Origin: Candidatus Melainabacteria bacterium
GTDB taxonomy: Bacteria > Cyanobacteriota > Vampirovibrionia > 2-02-FULL-35-15
DNA length: 64,000 nucleotides
Assembly: GCA_016193285.1 (NCBI GenBank)
Contig: JACPSL010000018.1
Coordinates: 3,589 to 67,588, forward strand
Reading direction: 5' to 3'
Shown here: positions 37,622 to 47,508 of the stretch, in pieces
How the letters are laid out: each line of letters starts with the position of its first letter
How positions within the stretch are numbered: position 1 is the stretch's first letter
Position numbers and translations under genes: made by a program
Notes under the pieces: model-generated
What the model saw: the letters and a program-made list of their open reading frames with translations, nothing else
What the model was told of the DNA's origin: nothing
Databases searched by the model: none

Positions 37622-38748
37622 CAATTATCAAGATTAGTACCATAATTACTTCTTTTAATAAGTTCTACAAATTCCTTAAACAAATAATCACTATCATGTG
37701 GTCCAGGAGATGCTTCAGGATGGTATTGAACTGAAAAGATTGGTAACTCTTTATATCTCAAACCTTCATTAGTATTATCGTTTAAATTGTAGTGGGTAAC
37801 TTCTAATTCTTTTGGAAGTGTTTCTGTTTCAACTGCAAAACCATGATTTTGTGCAGTGATTTCAACTTTTCCTGTAAGTAAATTTTTTACAGGCTGATTT
37901 GCACCACGATGTCCAAATTTTAGTTTATAAGTTTTTGCACCAAATGCTTGAGCTAATAATTGATGTCCAAGACAAATACCAAATATTGGAATATTTAATT
38001 TATCAATTACTTTTCTAATTGTTTCTATTGCATATTTAACAGGCTCAGGGTCCCCTGGTCCATTTGATAAAAAAACTCCCGTTGGATTTATTGCTTTTAT
38101 TTCATCAAATGTTGTCCAGGCAGGAACTACAAGTGGTGCTAATCCAAAATAACTTAGCCTGTTTAAAATATTTCTTTTAATTCCAAAATCCAATGCTACT
38201 ATAGGCCAGGCTGGCTGGGTTTTTGGCATAGGTCCTCTGTAGTTTTCTTTTGTAGAAACTTCTTTAGCTAGATCTCTTCCTAGCATTTGTGGGGATTCTA
38301 AAACTTTTTTATGTAGTTCTCTTGGATTTAAAATTTCAGTAGAAATTCCTGCTCTCATTGCACCTACATTTCTAATCCTTCTTGTAACTGCTCTTGTATC
38401 AACATAAGAAATTCCAACTAGCTCTTGAGATTTTAAAAAGTTGTCAAGTGTAGAATCAGCACGCCAATTACTTTCTTTAGGACTTAAGTTTCTAATAACT
38501 ACACCTTTTGCAAAACTTTTTTTTGCTTCTAAGTCAATATTGTTTGTACCGTAGTTTCCAATCTCAGGATAAGTAAAAGTAATAATTTGGCCTGCATAAC
38601 TTGGATCAGTAATTATTTCTTCGTAGCCAGTCATGCTTGTATTAAAAACAATTTCGCCAAGTGTAGTTCCGGAGCATCCAAAGTTCTTACCTTCGTAAGT
38701 TGTTCCATCTTCCAGTGTTAAGATTGCTTTTATTGTCATCCTTAACAT
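37621..38748 (-). CDS. carA: Carbamoyl-phosphate synthase small subunit
   Basis: GEIVFNTSMTGYEE..TDPSY, SNGPGDP, GICLGHQL, HRGANQPV, QYHPEASPGPHD. Confidence 0.96.
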   Translation of the reverse strand: MLRMTIKAILTLEDGTTYEGKNFGCSGTTLGEIVFNTSMTGYEEIITDPSYAGQIITFTYPEIGNYGTNNIDLEAKKSFAKGVVIRNLSPKESNWRADSTLDNFLKSQELVGISYVDTRAVTRRIRNVGAMRAGISTEILNPRELHKKVLESPQMLGRDLAKEVSTKENYRGPMPKTQPAWPIVALDFGIKRNILNRLSYFGLAPLVVPAWTTFDEIKAINPTGVFLSNGPGDPEPVKYAIETIRKVIDKLNIPIFGICLGHQLLAQAFGAKTYKLKFGHRGANQPVKNLLTGKVEITAQNHGFAVETETLPKELEVTHYNLNDNTNEGLRYKELPIFSVQYHPEASPGPHDSDYLFKEFVELIKRSNYGTNLDN

Positions 38749-38800
38749 TTATATCAAATATCGTTAAAATATGAAGATTTAATGGCTTTATGCTTAGGGG

Positions 38801-38828
38801 TTGACATAATTCCTAAAATGTTTAGAAT
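38801..38828 (+). promoter_or_regulatory. Sigma70-type promoter for the 38887 ORF
   Basis: TTGACA (38801-38806), 16-nt spacer, TAGAAT (38823-38828). Confidence 0.55.
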
Positions 38829-38886
38829 CAAAAGTAAGAGTTCTTAAACAGTTCTTAACCTAGAACCTAAAAGGAAAAAATAAAAA

Positions 38887-39369
38887 ATGCCGCCAAGAAC
38901 ACTAAACAGAAGACCACAAGCAAGATCAAAAGGAAGTGATCCTACAATAAGTGTTGCTGCTGCATCTACAGCAAAAGTAACTTTAGCAACAAATAATCCA
39001 GAAATAGAAAATAAACAAGCTAATCAAAACCAAGGACAAAACGATGATTTAAAAAAGCTTATTGAAACTTTAAAAAATAAACTTGGAAGTACTCAAGGAA
39101 CACCAATACAAAAACAAACTCCTCCTCCTCCAAAAGCAAGAACAGTTTGGAACCGCAGCATAACTACTGAAAAAACCTGGGTACCAAAACCTGCTTATAC
39201 AATACTTACAAGGGTTTCAAATCATGAAAAGGTACCTGTTAAGTCATCCAAGATATCTGACTTGTCTATAAATTCACTTCCACACTCATTTTTATATAGA
39301 CCAGGTGCAGCTGGAATTAAAGTTGACAAGTTAACAGTTAAATCCGGCAAACAAATCGGCTGGGGTTAA
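38887..39369 (+). CDS. Hypothetical protein, low complexity
   Basis: 160-aa ORF with upstream AGGA and a promoter. Confidence 0.6.
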   Translation: MPPRTLNRRPQARSKGSDPTISVAAASTAKVTLATNNPEIENKQANQNQGQNDDLKKLIETLKNKLGSTQGTPIQKQTPPPPKARTVWNRSITTEKTWVPKPAYTILTRVSNHEKVPVKSSKISDLSINSLPHSFLYRPGAAGIKVDKLTVKSGKQIGWG

Positions 39370-39374
39370 TTTTT

Positions 39375-40046
39375 TTAAAAAGAAAAAACAAATTTATTTT
39401 CTTGTCTAGTCCTTGCAATTGCAAGTGCATTCTTTGGAACATTCTTTGTAATAACTGAACCTGCTGCAATCATTGCACCTTCACCAACTACAACTGGAGC
39501 AACTAAAACAGAATTTGAACCTGTTGAAGCCCTATCTTTAATTATTGTTTTACTTTTTTTACCAGTACGTGAATTGTAATTTGCAGTTATTGTTCCAGCA
39601 CCAATATTTACATTCTTACCAACTGATGCATCTCCAATGTAGCTCAGGTGGGCAATTTGAGTATTGTTTCCAATTTTACTTTTTTTAATTTCAACAAAAT
39701 TTCCTACTTTAATATTGTTTGCTAAAACCACATTATCTCTTAGTCTTGAATAAGGTCCTATATGATTGTTATTTCCAATTTTTGAATTTGTTACGTGTGA
39801 AAAAGTAATATTATTTCCAAAACCAATTGTTACAGTGCCTTCTATATACAGATTTGGACCAAGAATGTTTTTAGAACCAATTTTAATTTTTCCTTTTAAA
39901 AAAGTATTTGGATAAATTATATTCCCTCGTGAAATCCTAACACCTGAGCCAATATAAGTATTCCGTGGATCCAAAATTGTAATTCCCTTATCCTGGAATT
40001 TTTTTATAACTTTATGATTCATACTGTAAAATAATAACAAAAACAA
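39375..40046 (-). CDS. Standalone GlmU C-terminal (glucosamine-1-phosphate N-acetyltransferase) domain
   Basis: GITILDP.NTYI, IGPYSRLR, GNFVEIKKS, AHLSYIGDA, NIGAGTITANY; no nucleotidyltransferase domain. Confidence 0.8.
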   Translation of the reverse strand: MFLLLFYSMNHKVIKKFQDKGITILDPRNTYIGSGVRISRGNIIYPNTFLKGKIKIGSKNILGPNLYIEGTVTIGFGNNITFSHVTNSKIGNNNHIGPYSRLRDNVVLANNIKVGNFVEIKKSKIGNNTQIAHLSYIGDASVGKNVNIGAGTITANYNSRTGKKSKTIIKDRASTGSNSVLVAPVVVGEGAMIAAGSVITKNVPKNALAIARTRQENKFVFSF

Positions 40047-40053
40047 TTATAAA

Positions 40054-41217
40054 ATGCTAAAAACTTATACAGATCAAAAATCTTCCTTGTTCATTACAAA
40101 ATGGAAAGATTGTCAAACCTTTGTAAGTAAAGTTAAATCACAAAGACCTCTTTTTATACTTGTAATTGCTTCTACTGAAACAGCATTAATTCCTGGAATA
40201 TCCAGTGCTGGACAAAATGTAGAGCTTTTAAAATTAACTCCAGCACTAGATGCTGACTTTTTACTTTCTAAAAAAGAAGAATTTAAAAATCAATTACCAG
40301 TATCACCAAGTGGTATTCCTTCCCCAGTAATTATTTCAAAAGCAATGATTGATTTACTAGATTTGGATATTTCAGTAATTGATGTTGGTGCCTTTGTAAA
40401 ACCTAAAGGTGAGCACATTAGTTTAAATATGGGTACTTCAAAATGCATAACTACTGGTAATGCTTTAGGACCTATAAAAACATCTTTCTTATTTCAAAAA
40501 GGTGAAAAACTTATTTCAAATTTTAATGCTTATCCTTATGTAGTAATTGGTGAATGTGTTCCAGGAGGGACAACCACTGCTTTAAGTGTATTGTGTGCAT
40601 TAGGAATCAATGCTTTTGATTTAGTTAACAGTAGCTCACCTGAAGGAAATAATCTTTGGAAAAATCAAACAGTAAAAGATGCTCTACTTACAAATGCTAA
40701 TTTATTTTCACGAGTAAATAAAAACCCACTTAAAGCAGTTGATTATTTTGGTGATCCAATGCAGGCTTTCGTTTGTGGTCTTATAAAAGGTGCACAAAAA
40801 GTAAATAAACCTATACTTCTTGCTGGAGGTTCTCAGATGCTTGCAGTATACTACTTAGCAAAGAAAGTTTTAGGTTATTCACCATATGATGTAGCAGTAG
40901 CAACAACTTCTTGGATTACAAATGATAAAAATGCTAAGACTAAAAAACTTGCTGAACTTGTTGATGCACCACTTACTTCATCAAATGTTCATTTTAAAGA
41001 CTCAAAATGCCAAGGGCTTTATGCATATGAAAATGGTCATATTAAAGAAGGTGTTGGTGCAGGTGGATTAATGGTGGTTGCTGATTGGTATAAGAATTTA
41101 ACACAAGAAGAAATTGTATCTAAAATAGAAAATGTTTATTGTAATTACTCAGCTGGCTCTGCGGAACTCTCGCTCCTTGAGCCAGCTTTCCATAGACCGC
41201 TCGGCTTGCCCAAGTAA
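40054..41217 (+). CDS. cobT: Nicotinate-mononucleotide-dependent phosphoribosyltransferase CobT (cyanobacterial/archaeal type)
   Basis: TETALIPGISSAG, PSPVIIS, GECVPGGTTTAL, LLAGGSQM, KEGVGAGG. Confidence 0.85.
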   Translation: MLKTYTDQKSSLFITKWKDCQTFVSKVKSQRPLFILVIASTETALIPGISSAGQNVELLKLTPALDADFLLSKKEEFKNQLPVSPSGIPSPVIISKAMIDLLDLDISVIDVGAFVKPKGEHISLNMGTSKCITTGNALGPIKTSFLFQKGEKLISNFNAYPYVVIGECVPGGTTTALSVLCALGINAFDLVNSSSPEGNNLWKNQTVKDALLTNANLFSRVNKNPLKAVDYFGDPMQAFVCGLIKGAQKVNKPILLAGGSQMLAVYYLAKKVLGYSPYDVAVATTSWITNDKNAKTKKLAELVDAPLTSSNVHFKDSKCQGLYAYENGHIKEGVGAGGLMVVADWYKNLTQEEIVSKIENVYCNYSAGSAELSLLEPAFHRPLGLPK

Positions 41218-41297
41218 ATTGGATCAAGCCTCACTTTATTAAATAGTATAATTCCGTGAAGGATAACCTAAGATAAATTAACGTGCTGAGTAATTAT
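41141..41297. mobile_element. MITE-like element, copy 1
   Basis: 12-bp terminal inverted repeat TAATTACTCAGC/GCTGAGTAATTA, ATT on both flanks, and a near-identical inverted copy at 60951-61119. Confidence 0.75.
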
Positions 41298-41303
41298 ATT
41301 CGG

Positions 41304-42086
41304 TCACAATAACAAAAATTGTTTAAAGATAACTACAAGACATAAAATAGTTACTTCACTTAATTCAATTAATGCTCCATAAGTATCACCTGTATGACCT
41401 TTAAAATGGTTATCAAGCCAGTGTGACCAGAGCAGACAAAAGACCATAGACAATAGACCATAGACTAGATAAATAAACTTTAGATGAAAACAAAATATAC
41501 ACATTAAGAAAACTATAACAAAACAAAAAAGATTTGCGAAAAAATCTCCCGGCTTTTTTACTCCAGATAAAAGTAAAGATGAACTTATTCCAGAGTCCTT
41601 ACTTTTATTTAAAAAAGTAAAAGAATATACAGCAGCTAATCTTGCAAGAGCACAAGAAATTATAATTACAAAAAATATCTTATTTAAAATAATAGTGCAA
41701 AGAGAAATTAATTTAAACAAAACAACAAAAATACCTGCCATTGCCCCAAAAGCACCTATTCTGCTATCTTTCATGGCTTCTATTTTTCTTGTTTTATCTT
41801 GACAATTAATGCCATCAAATGTATCCATTAATCCATCAAGATGCAAACCACCAGTAATTAAAACCCATAGAAATACAAGCAAAAGAGCTGAAAATAAAAC
41901 TGGTAATTTAAAATACAAAAAAATCTTAGCAAATAAAAAAAGAATTAAGCCTATTAAAAAACCTATTAAAGTAAAGTATGGTGCTATCCTTCCCCAGTCT
42001 TCTTTTGTTGCTTTTGGTAAAGGAGGCGCAGGCAATTTAGTTAAAAAAAGCCAGGCATAAAAAAAACGATGAAGTAACTTTATCAT
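41304..42086 (-). CDS. cobS: Adenosylcobinamide-GDP ribazoletransferase
   Basis: FLTKLP, TGGLHLDGLMDTFDG, MKDSRIGAFG, GHTGDTYGA. Confidence 0.92.
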   Translation of the reverse strand: MIKLLHRFFYAWLFLTKLPAPPLPKATKEDWGRIAPYFTLIGFLIGLILFLFAKIFLYFKLPVLFSALLLVFLWVLITGGLHLDGLMDTFDGINCQDKTRKIEAMKDSRIGAFGAMAGIFVVLFKLISLCTIILNKIFFVIIISCALARLAAVYSFTFLNKSKDSGISSSLLLSGVKKPGDFFANLFCFVIVFLMCIFCFHLKFIYLVYGLLSMVFCLLWSHWLDNHFKGHTGDTYGALIELSEVTILCLVVIFKQFLLL

Positions 42087-43378
42087 CCAATTCTTTTTCT
42101 CATCGACTCCTCATGTGCTTTTAATCCTTCAGCATCTGCTAAGTTAATTACATCTTTTGCAATTTTATTAAATGATTGTTTATCAAATGAAATAACTGAA
42201 ATCTTTTTCATAAAATCCATTACTGTAAGTCCACTAGAAAATCTTGCACTCCCACCTGTTGGTAAACAGTGGCTAGGTCCTGCAATATAGTCACCGACCG
42301 ACTCACAAGAGTACTCACCTAAAAATATAGCTCCTGCATTGTAAATTTTATTTAATAAGCTGACTGGATTTTTTGTGATTATTTCTAAATGTTCTGGTGC
42401 AAACTTATTTATTAAATCAGTTGCTTTTTGTAAACTTTTTACTATAATAATTGCACTATTTTTTTTCCAGGAGTTAAGTACTATATTTTTATTTGGTAAT
42501 TTTTTTGCTAGCTTTAAAAGTGTTTTTTGTGTTTCTTTAGCAATCTGTTTACTGTTGGTAACTAATAGTGCAGATTCAAGTCCTGAGCCATGTTCAAGCT
42601 GGCTTAAAAGATCAATAGCTAAGTAGTTAGGATTTGCAAACTTATCAGCTATGATTGCAACTTCACTTGGTCCATATAAACCATCAATCCCTACATCTCC
42701 AAAGACAACTTTTTTAGCTAGTGTTACATAAATGTTTCCAGGTCCAATAATTTTACTAACTGGTTTTACTGTCTCTGTACCATATGCTGAGGCTGCAATT
42801 GCTTGAGCACCACCTATTTGATAGATCTCATTTACGTTAAGCAAATTACAAACAGCTAAAATATTTTTATGTACAGGTGGTGGAGTAAATACTGCTATTC
42901 TTTTTACACCGCTAACCTTAGCTAATATCACTGTCATTAAAATTGTTGAAATTAATGGACTTTTTCCACCAGGTATATAGATACCAACTGAATCTAAAGG
43001 AACATACTTGTAACCAAGTTTTTCACTTTTTCCAAAAGATTTAATCCAGCTTTTAGGCATATTTGTTTTTTGAAATTTTTGTATTCTAGAAATTGCTTTT
43101 TTTGCTGATGCTAAAAGATCTCGTGCAATTTGTTTCCTTGCTTTTTTAATTTCAGATTTTGAAACTAAAATATTTTTTAACTCACGCTTGTCAAACTTTC
43201 TTGTATAGTAAATTAAAGCTTTATCACCTTTTTCTCTTACATTCTCTACAATATTTTCTACTACTTTTAATTCTTTTTTTTTCTTGCTTAGATTAAATCT
43301 TGAAGAAATTTTCAGAATTCTTTCCTTTGCTTTATCTAAATTTTTAATTGTTGGCATAAGAGTATTATAAGCTCTCAA
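42083..43378 (-). CDS. hisD: Histidinol dehydrogenase
   Basis: VGIYIPGG, GGAQAIAA, GPGNIYV, GPSEV, SQLEHG, APEHLE, GDYIAGPSHCLPT. Confidence 0.96.
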   Translation of the reverse strand: MRAYNTLMPTIKNLDKAKERILKISSRFNLSKKKKELKVVENIVENVREKGDKALIYYTRKFDKRELKNILVSKSEIKKARKQIARDLLASAKKAISRIQKFQKTNMPKSWIKSFGKSEKLGYKYVPLDSVGIYIPGGKSPLISTILMTVILAKVSGVKRIAVFTPPPVHKNILAVCNLLNVNEIYQIGGAQAIAASAYGTETVKPVSKIIGPGNIYVTLAKKVVFGDVGIDGLYGPSEVAIIADKFANPNYLAIDLLSQLEHGSGLESALLVTNSKQIAKETQKTLLKLAKKLPNKNIVLNSWKKNSAIIIVKSLQKATDLINKFAPEHLEIITKNPVSLLNKIYNAGAIFLGEYSCESVGDYIAGPSHCLPTGGSARFSSGLTVMDFMKKISVISFDKQSFNKIAKDVINLADAEGLKAHEESMRKRIG

Positions 43379-44864
43379 ACGACTTAATTGCTTTTGGCAA
43401 ATAAGTAATTAAATCCTGTGGAAGAAGTGAATATTTTGTTTTTTCACCTGCAATTATTTCAGCAACTTTTCCATGAAGGTAAACACCAACACAAGCTGCA
43501 ATCGGTGGTTCAAGACCTTGTGCAATTAATCCTCCAATGTAGCCAGCTAATACATCTCCAGTTCCACCTTTTGCTAGTGCTGAATTTGCAAATGGAGAAA
43601 TGTATGTTTTTCCATCTTTTGCTGCAATAATTGTTCCTGGACCTTTTAAAACTACTGTACATCCAAGTTCTAAAGATGCATCTTGTGCAAGTTTTAATTT
43701 ATTCGATAAGACTTCGTTTAAATCTTTTCCTAGTAATCTTGCAAACTCTTTTAAATGTGGGGTTATAATCATATGGTTTCTAGCGCTTCTTAAGATTTCT
43801 TTTTTAGATGCCAAAACACTTATGCCATCAGCATCTAAAACAATAGGGACTTCTGCATTAGTAATTAGTTCACAAACTAAAGTTTTAATCTCTTCTCTAA
43901 GAGTTAAACCTGGTCCTAAAACTACAACATTGGATTTTTTACATTCGCTCAGAATCTCATCTAATTTAAATTCCACATGAATTACTTCAGGAATGCTAGA
44001 AGTAATTTGAACAAATACTTCTTTTGATGTAGCTAAACAAGTTAATCCTGAACCAATTGAACTAGCAGCTTTGCTTGCTAAAATTGCTGCACCTGGATAC
44101 TTCATGCTACCAGCAACTACTAGTGTTCTTCCAAAACTACCCTTGCTTTTATCATTAGCCCTTTGAGGTAAATTGTCATTGGCAAATTCATCATCTAATA
44201 AAAATAAATTTATATCCTTGTCAGGTAAACCAATATCAACAACATTAATCTTGCCTGAATATTCTCTGCCAGGATAAATATATAATCCTATTTTTGGATA
44301 ACCAAAAGTTACTGTTTCCTTAGCCTTTATTGCACAAGAAGATATATTACCACTACTTGGATCGACACCGGTTGAAATATCACATGCAATAATATTTTTA
44401 CCTGAGTTATTTACTGAATTAATTATCCATTCATAAAAAGTTGAAAGCTTACTTTTACTACTAGTACCTGTTCCTAGTAAACAGTCTACAACTGTATTTG
44501 TATCTTTTAAGAAGCTTAAAAAGGCTTTATCACTTTCATTTTGAATTTGAAAATATTGAATCTTAGTTTTTTTTACTAGATCAAAATTAATTTTTGCATC
44601 ATAAGATAATTCTTGCTCACTAGAAGTTAAACAAATAACCACTTTGCGTTTTAACTTGTGGAGGTATTTACTTGCAGTAATTCCATCTCCGCCATTATTT
44701 CCTTTACCACAAATAAACATATATGGCTCATCATAATTTTTTACTATACGAGCTAAACCTTTTCCTGCTTTTTCCATGAGCTCTAAAGAGCTTCCTAAAC
44801 CCATTTTTTTTATGTATTCAGATTCATGTTCACGTATTTGACTAGAGGTTACTAACTTTTGCAT
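43365..44864 (-). CDS. nnr: Bifunctional NAD(P)H-hydrate epimerase/dehydratase
   Basis: LMEKAG, CGKGNNGGDG, GPGL, VLDADG, ITPH..EFARL, LAKGGTGDVLAG. Confidence 0.92.
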   Translation of the reverse strand: MQKLVTSSQIREHESEYIKKMGLGSSLELMEKAGKGLARIVKNYDEPYMFICGKGNNGGDGITASKYLHKLKRKVVICLTSSEQELSYDAKINFDLVKKTKIQYFQIQNESDKAFLSFLKDTNTVVDCLLGTGTSSKSKLSTFYEWIINSVNNSGKNIIACDISTGVDPSSGNISSCAIKAKETVTFGYPKIGLYIYPGREYSGKINVVDIGLPDKDINLFLLDDEFANDNLPQRANDKSKGSFGRTLVVAGSMKYPGAAILASKAASSIGSGLTCLATSKEVFVQITSSIPEVIHVEFKLDEILSECKKSNVVVLGPGLTLREEIKTLVCELITNAEVPIVLDADGISVLASKKEILRSARNHMIITPHLKEFARLLGKDLNEVLSNKLKLAQDASLELGCTVVLKGPGTIIAAKDGKTYISPFANSALAKGGTGDVLAGYIGGLIAQGLEPPIAACVGVYLHGKVAEIIAGEKTKYSLLPQDLITYLPKAIKSFESL

Positions 44865-44873
44865 TTTTGTATT

Positions 44874-45362
44874 TTATTTAGCTACAATCATTAATTTGGA
44901 TTTCCCAGAATAATCAATTTGAGCTATATTTTCAAATGAAACCTTGCTACCAACACTAATCATATTCTTGTCTGTAAATCCACCATTTACTTCAATTACT
45001 TCAGTTACATTAAAATCTGACGAGTAAAGAGTATGAGTTTGATTCGGCTCTGCCGCTTTTACAATTTTAACAATTTTCCCCTGGTTTATAAAAATTATGT
45101 CAAGTGAAATGAGTGTATCCTTCATCCAAAAAGTAACTTCCTTTGCTGGTCTAAAAACAAAAACCATGCCTCTATCTTGTGGTAAGTCTGGTCTACTCAT
45201 TAAACCTTTTGATTTTTTTTCGTCAGTATCTGCAATTTCAAGAAACACTACTAGATTTCCCTTGCCTGAAAACTTAACCAAACCTTGAAGAGCTTTAGCT
45301 GAGCTTTCAGAAAAGAAAAACATAATTAAAATTAAAATTATAGAAATTATTTTTCTAAACAT
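44874..45362 (-). CDS. DUF192 family protein
   Basis: EIADT..K.KGLM.R, GMVFVF, FWMKDT...LDIIFI, VIEVNGG. Confidence 0.88.
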   Translation of the reverse strand: MFRKIISIILILIMFFFSESSAKALQGLVKFSGKGNLVVFLEIADTDEKKSKGLMSRPDLPQDRGMVFVFRPAKEVTFWMKDTLISLDIIFINQGKIVKIVKAAEPNQTHTLYSSDFNVTEVIEVNGGFTDKNMISVGSKVSFENIAQIDYSGKSKLMIVAK

Positions 45363-45370
45363 TTCATTAC

Positions 45371-45401
45371 CTTACCACTTACTACTTACCTCTTACCACT
45401 T
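45371..45401. repeat. Heptamer tandem repeat (CTTACCA-type)
   Basis: CTTACCA CTTACTA CTTACCT CTTACCA CTT in the lnt-DUF192 spacer. Confidence 0.7.
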
Positions 45402-45406
45402 GTTCT

Positions 45407-47008
45407 TTACCATCCATACTTTGCATAAAGAGTAACTTTATAATTTGGATTAATCCAATCAATTAATACCCCTCTTGTATTTTGCAAAGACTGACTTTTA
45501 ATTTTACCGCTTGGATCTATAAAGGCAGAAATACCATTGTTAGCACAAATTACAAATGGCTTTCTGTTTTCTATTGCTCTAAATGCAGCAAAAGCTAAAA
45601 ATTGCTCCTTAATTCTAGAGTTAGAAAACCAGCTTAAATCAGAAAGATTAACTAATAGTCCTGCTTTTTGAAGAGAATATTTTCTTATAAGAGAAGGAAA
45701 AATTAATTCAAAACAAATATTCATACCTAGTTTTCCAATAGAACTGTTTATTGCGGAGATTTTTTTACCTTCAACAAAACCTTCCCCAATAGTAAATGAT
45801 GCCAACTTTTTTAATATGTTAGGTAAGATATAAGAAAAAGGTACAAATTCTCCAAAAGGCACTAGTCTTTCTTTTTCATAAAATGAAAACCTGCTTTCAC
45901 CAGGAAGAATACTTGCTATGCAATTTGTAAATTCAGAGTTCTGTTTATTACAATACGTACCAAAAATAACACTTGCTTTCTTTTTATTTACTATAGATTT
46001 TAACCAACTTTGTACAGAGGGGTTTTTATTGAAAACTGTTGGTAAAGATCCTTCAGGACTAATAAAAAGTGCTGCTTCATTGTTAACTAAAAGTTCTTCA
46101 TAAGTTTGTTTTGCAAGATTTAAATCAACTTTTGCTCCACGTGTAGTCTTAATTGGTAAGTTACCTTGAAGCAAGCAAATAGCTTGTGATTCATTAGAAA
46201 ATTGTTGTTGATTTCTTTCATATAAAAAAAATCCTGTTATTAAACTTATAAAAATCAAAGTTAAAACAAAAATAAAACCATTGATAATTACTTCAAGCCC
46301 TCCAGGTGTCTTTGGTATATGTCTATCTCCTATTTTTTCAGAACTAAATATCCAAATCAAGAACTCTGCTAAAACTAAATTAAAAATAACAATTAAAAAA
46401 CTAATTGAAACACTTCCAAAATATTCTGCAATTTGAATTAAAAATAAATTCTTATACTGGCTATATTCAACTAAGGTCCACGGAAAACCTGGTAAATATT
46501 TACAAGAAAGTAACTTATTAAAAACAATTAGCCAAATAAAAGTTGTTAATATTAACTTTAAAATACTGTTATTAAAAGGTTTTACTGAAACTTGTTTTAG
46601 TAAAAACACACAAATTGTAAATAAAACAAAATAAAGTGAACAATAAACTGATGTTATAAAAAGAGCTAAATAAGACAAAATTAAACTCTCAGTATTACTT
46701 AATCCTAACCAATCTAAGGGGTGCATTGAAAATAACCAATGCAAATACCAGAAGTTATAACCAAAGCCAAATAAGAATGAATAAAAAATTCCTTCTTTAA
46801 TCTTCTTAGCAGTGTTTATAATAATAAAAAGTGGTGTAAGTCCAATCCATGCAACAAGCCAAAGATTATATTCTGGTGCACTAAATGATAAAAGAAATCC
46901 ACAAAATGTTATTAACAATATTTTTATTACTGGGTTTGACAACATAACAAATATTTTATTAGTTTTATAAAAAACAAAGGAGAAATGTGAGACTAAATAA
47001 CAAAGCAA
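45407..47008 (-). CDS. lnt: Apolipoprotein N-acyltransferase
   Basis: PGFPW...YSQ, PEG, KERLVPFGEFVP, ICFELIF, NLSDLSWF, RAIEN, ANNGISA. Confidence 0.9.
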   Translation of the reverse strand: MLCYLVSHFSFVFYKTNKIFVMLSNPVIKILLITFCGFLLSFSAPEYNLWLVAWIGLTPLFIIINTAKKIKEGIFYSFLFGFGYNFWYLHWLFSMHPLDWLGLSNTESLILSYLALFITSVYCSLYFVLFTICVFLLKQVSVKPFNNSILKLILTTFIWLIVFNKLLSCKYLPGFPWTLVEYSQYKNLFLIQIAEYFGSVSISFLIVIFNLVLAEFLIWIFSSEKIGDRHIPKTPGGLEVIINGFIFVLTLIFISLITGFFLYERNQQQFSNESQAICLLQGNLPIKTTRGAKVDLNLAKQTYEELLVNNEAALFISPEGSLPTVFNKNPSVQSWLKSIVNKKKASVIFGTYCNKQNSEFTNCIASILPGESRFSFYEKERLVPFGEFVPFSYILPNILKKLASFTIGEGFVEGKKISAINSSIGKLGMNICFELIFPSLIRKYSLQKAGLLVNLSDLSWFSNSRIKEQFLAFAAFRAIENRKPFVICANNGISAFIDPSGKIKSQSLQNTRGVLIDWINPNYKVTLYAKYGW

Positions 47009-47508
47009 AAACTATTTTAGGTATTGATCCTGGCAGTACAACAGTTGGCTATGGAGTCTTGTGTTATGGTAATGGAGAAACAAAACCAAAAGCAATAGGT
47101 TATGGATATATTGACTTAAAAGGTAATTCTGACAAAGGTGACAAACTTTTACAACTTTACAATGATTTAAAGGCACTATTTAAAAAATACAAGCCTGATA
47201 GTATTGCAATTGAAAGTCTCTATTTTTTTAAGAATGTAAAAACTTTTGTGCCTGTTATGCAATCAAAAGGCGTCATTTTGTTTTCTGCAGCAGAATCAAA
47301 AATAAAAACATATGAGTATACACCACTACAAGTAAAACAAACTATTTCAGGGTATGGTAAAGCTAGTAAATCTCTAATTCAAAAATTAATACAAAAATAC
47401 CTGGACATTAATTCTACGATAAAGCCAGATGATGCTTCTGATGCACTTGCAATAGCACTTTGTCATGCTAATCACCTGGTTCAAAAAGATGAAAAAAAAT
47501 TAAATTAA
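46987..47508 (+). CDS. ruvC: Holliday junction resolvase
   Basis: ILGIDPG...GYG, IAIES.YF.KN, EYTPLQVK, PDDASDALAIALCH. Confidence 0.93.
   Translation: MRLNNKAKTILGIDPGSTTVGYGVLCYGNGETKPKAIGYGYIDLKGNSDKGDKLLQLYNDLKALFKKYKPDSIAIESLYFFKNVKTFVPVMQSKGVILFSAAESKIKTYEYTPLQVKQTISGYGKASKSLIQKLIQKYLDINSTIKPDDASDALAIALCHANHLVQKDEKKLN

Noticed and set aside
37450-37734. 94-aa ORF bridging the hook gene and carA
   Set aside because: It runs out of frame over the hook gene, through a terminator and antisense to carA.
39375-40053. Frameshifted glmU pseudogene
   Set aside because: No N-terminal glmU remnant can fit upstream, and the C-terminal domain ORF is intact with its motifs.
41141-41297. Cobalamin riboswitch next to cobT/cobS
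   Set aside because: The element lies at the 3' ends of both genes, lacks B12-box motifs, has terminal inverted repeats and recurs near unrelated genes.
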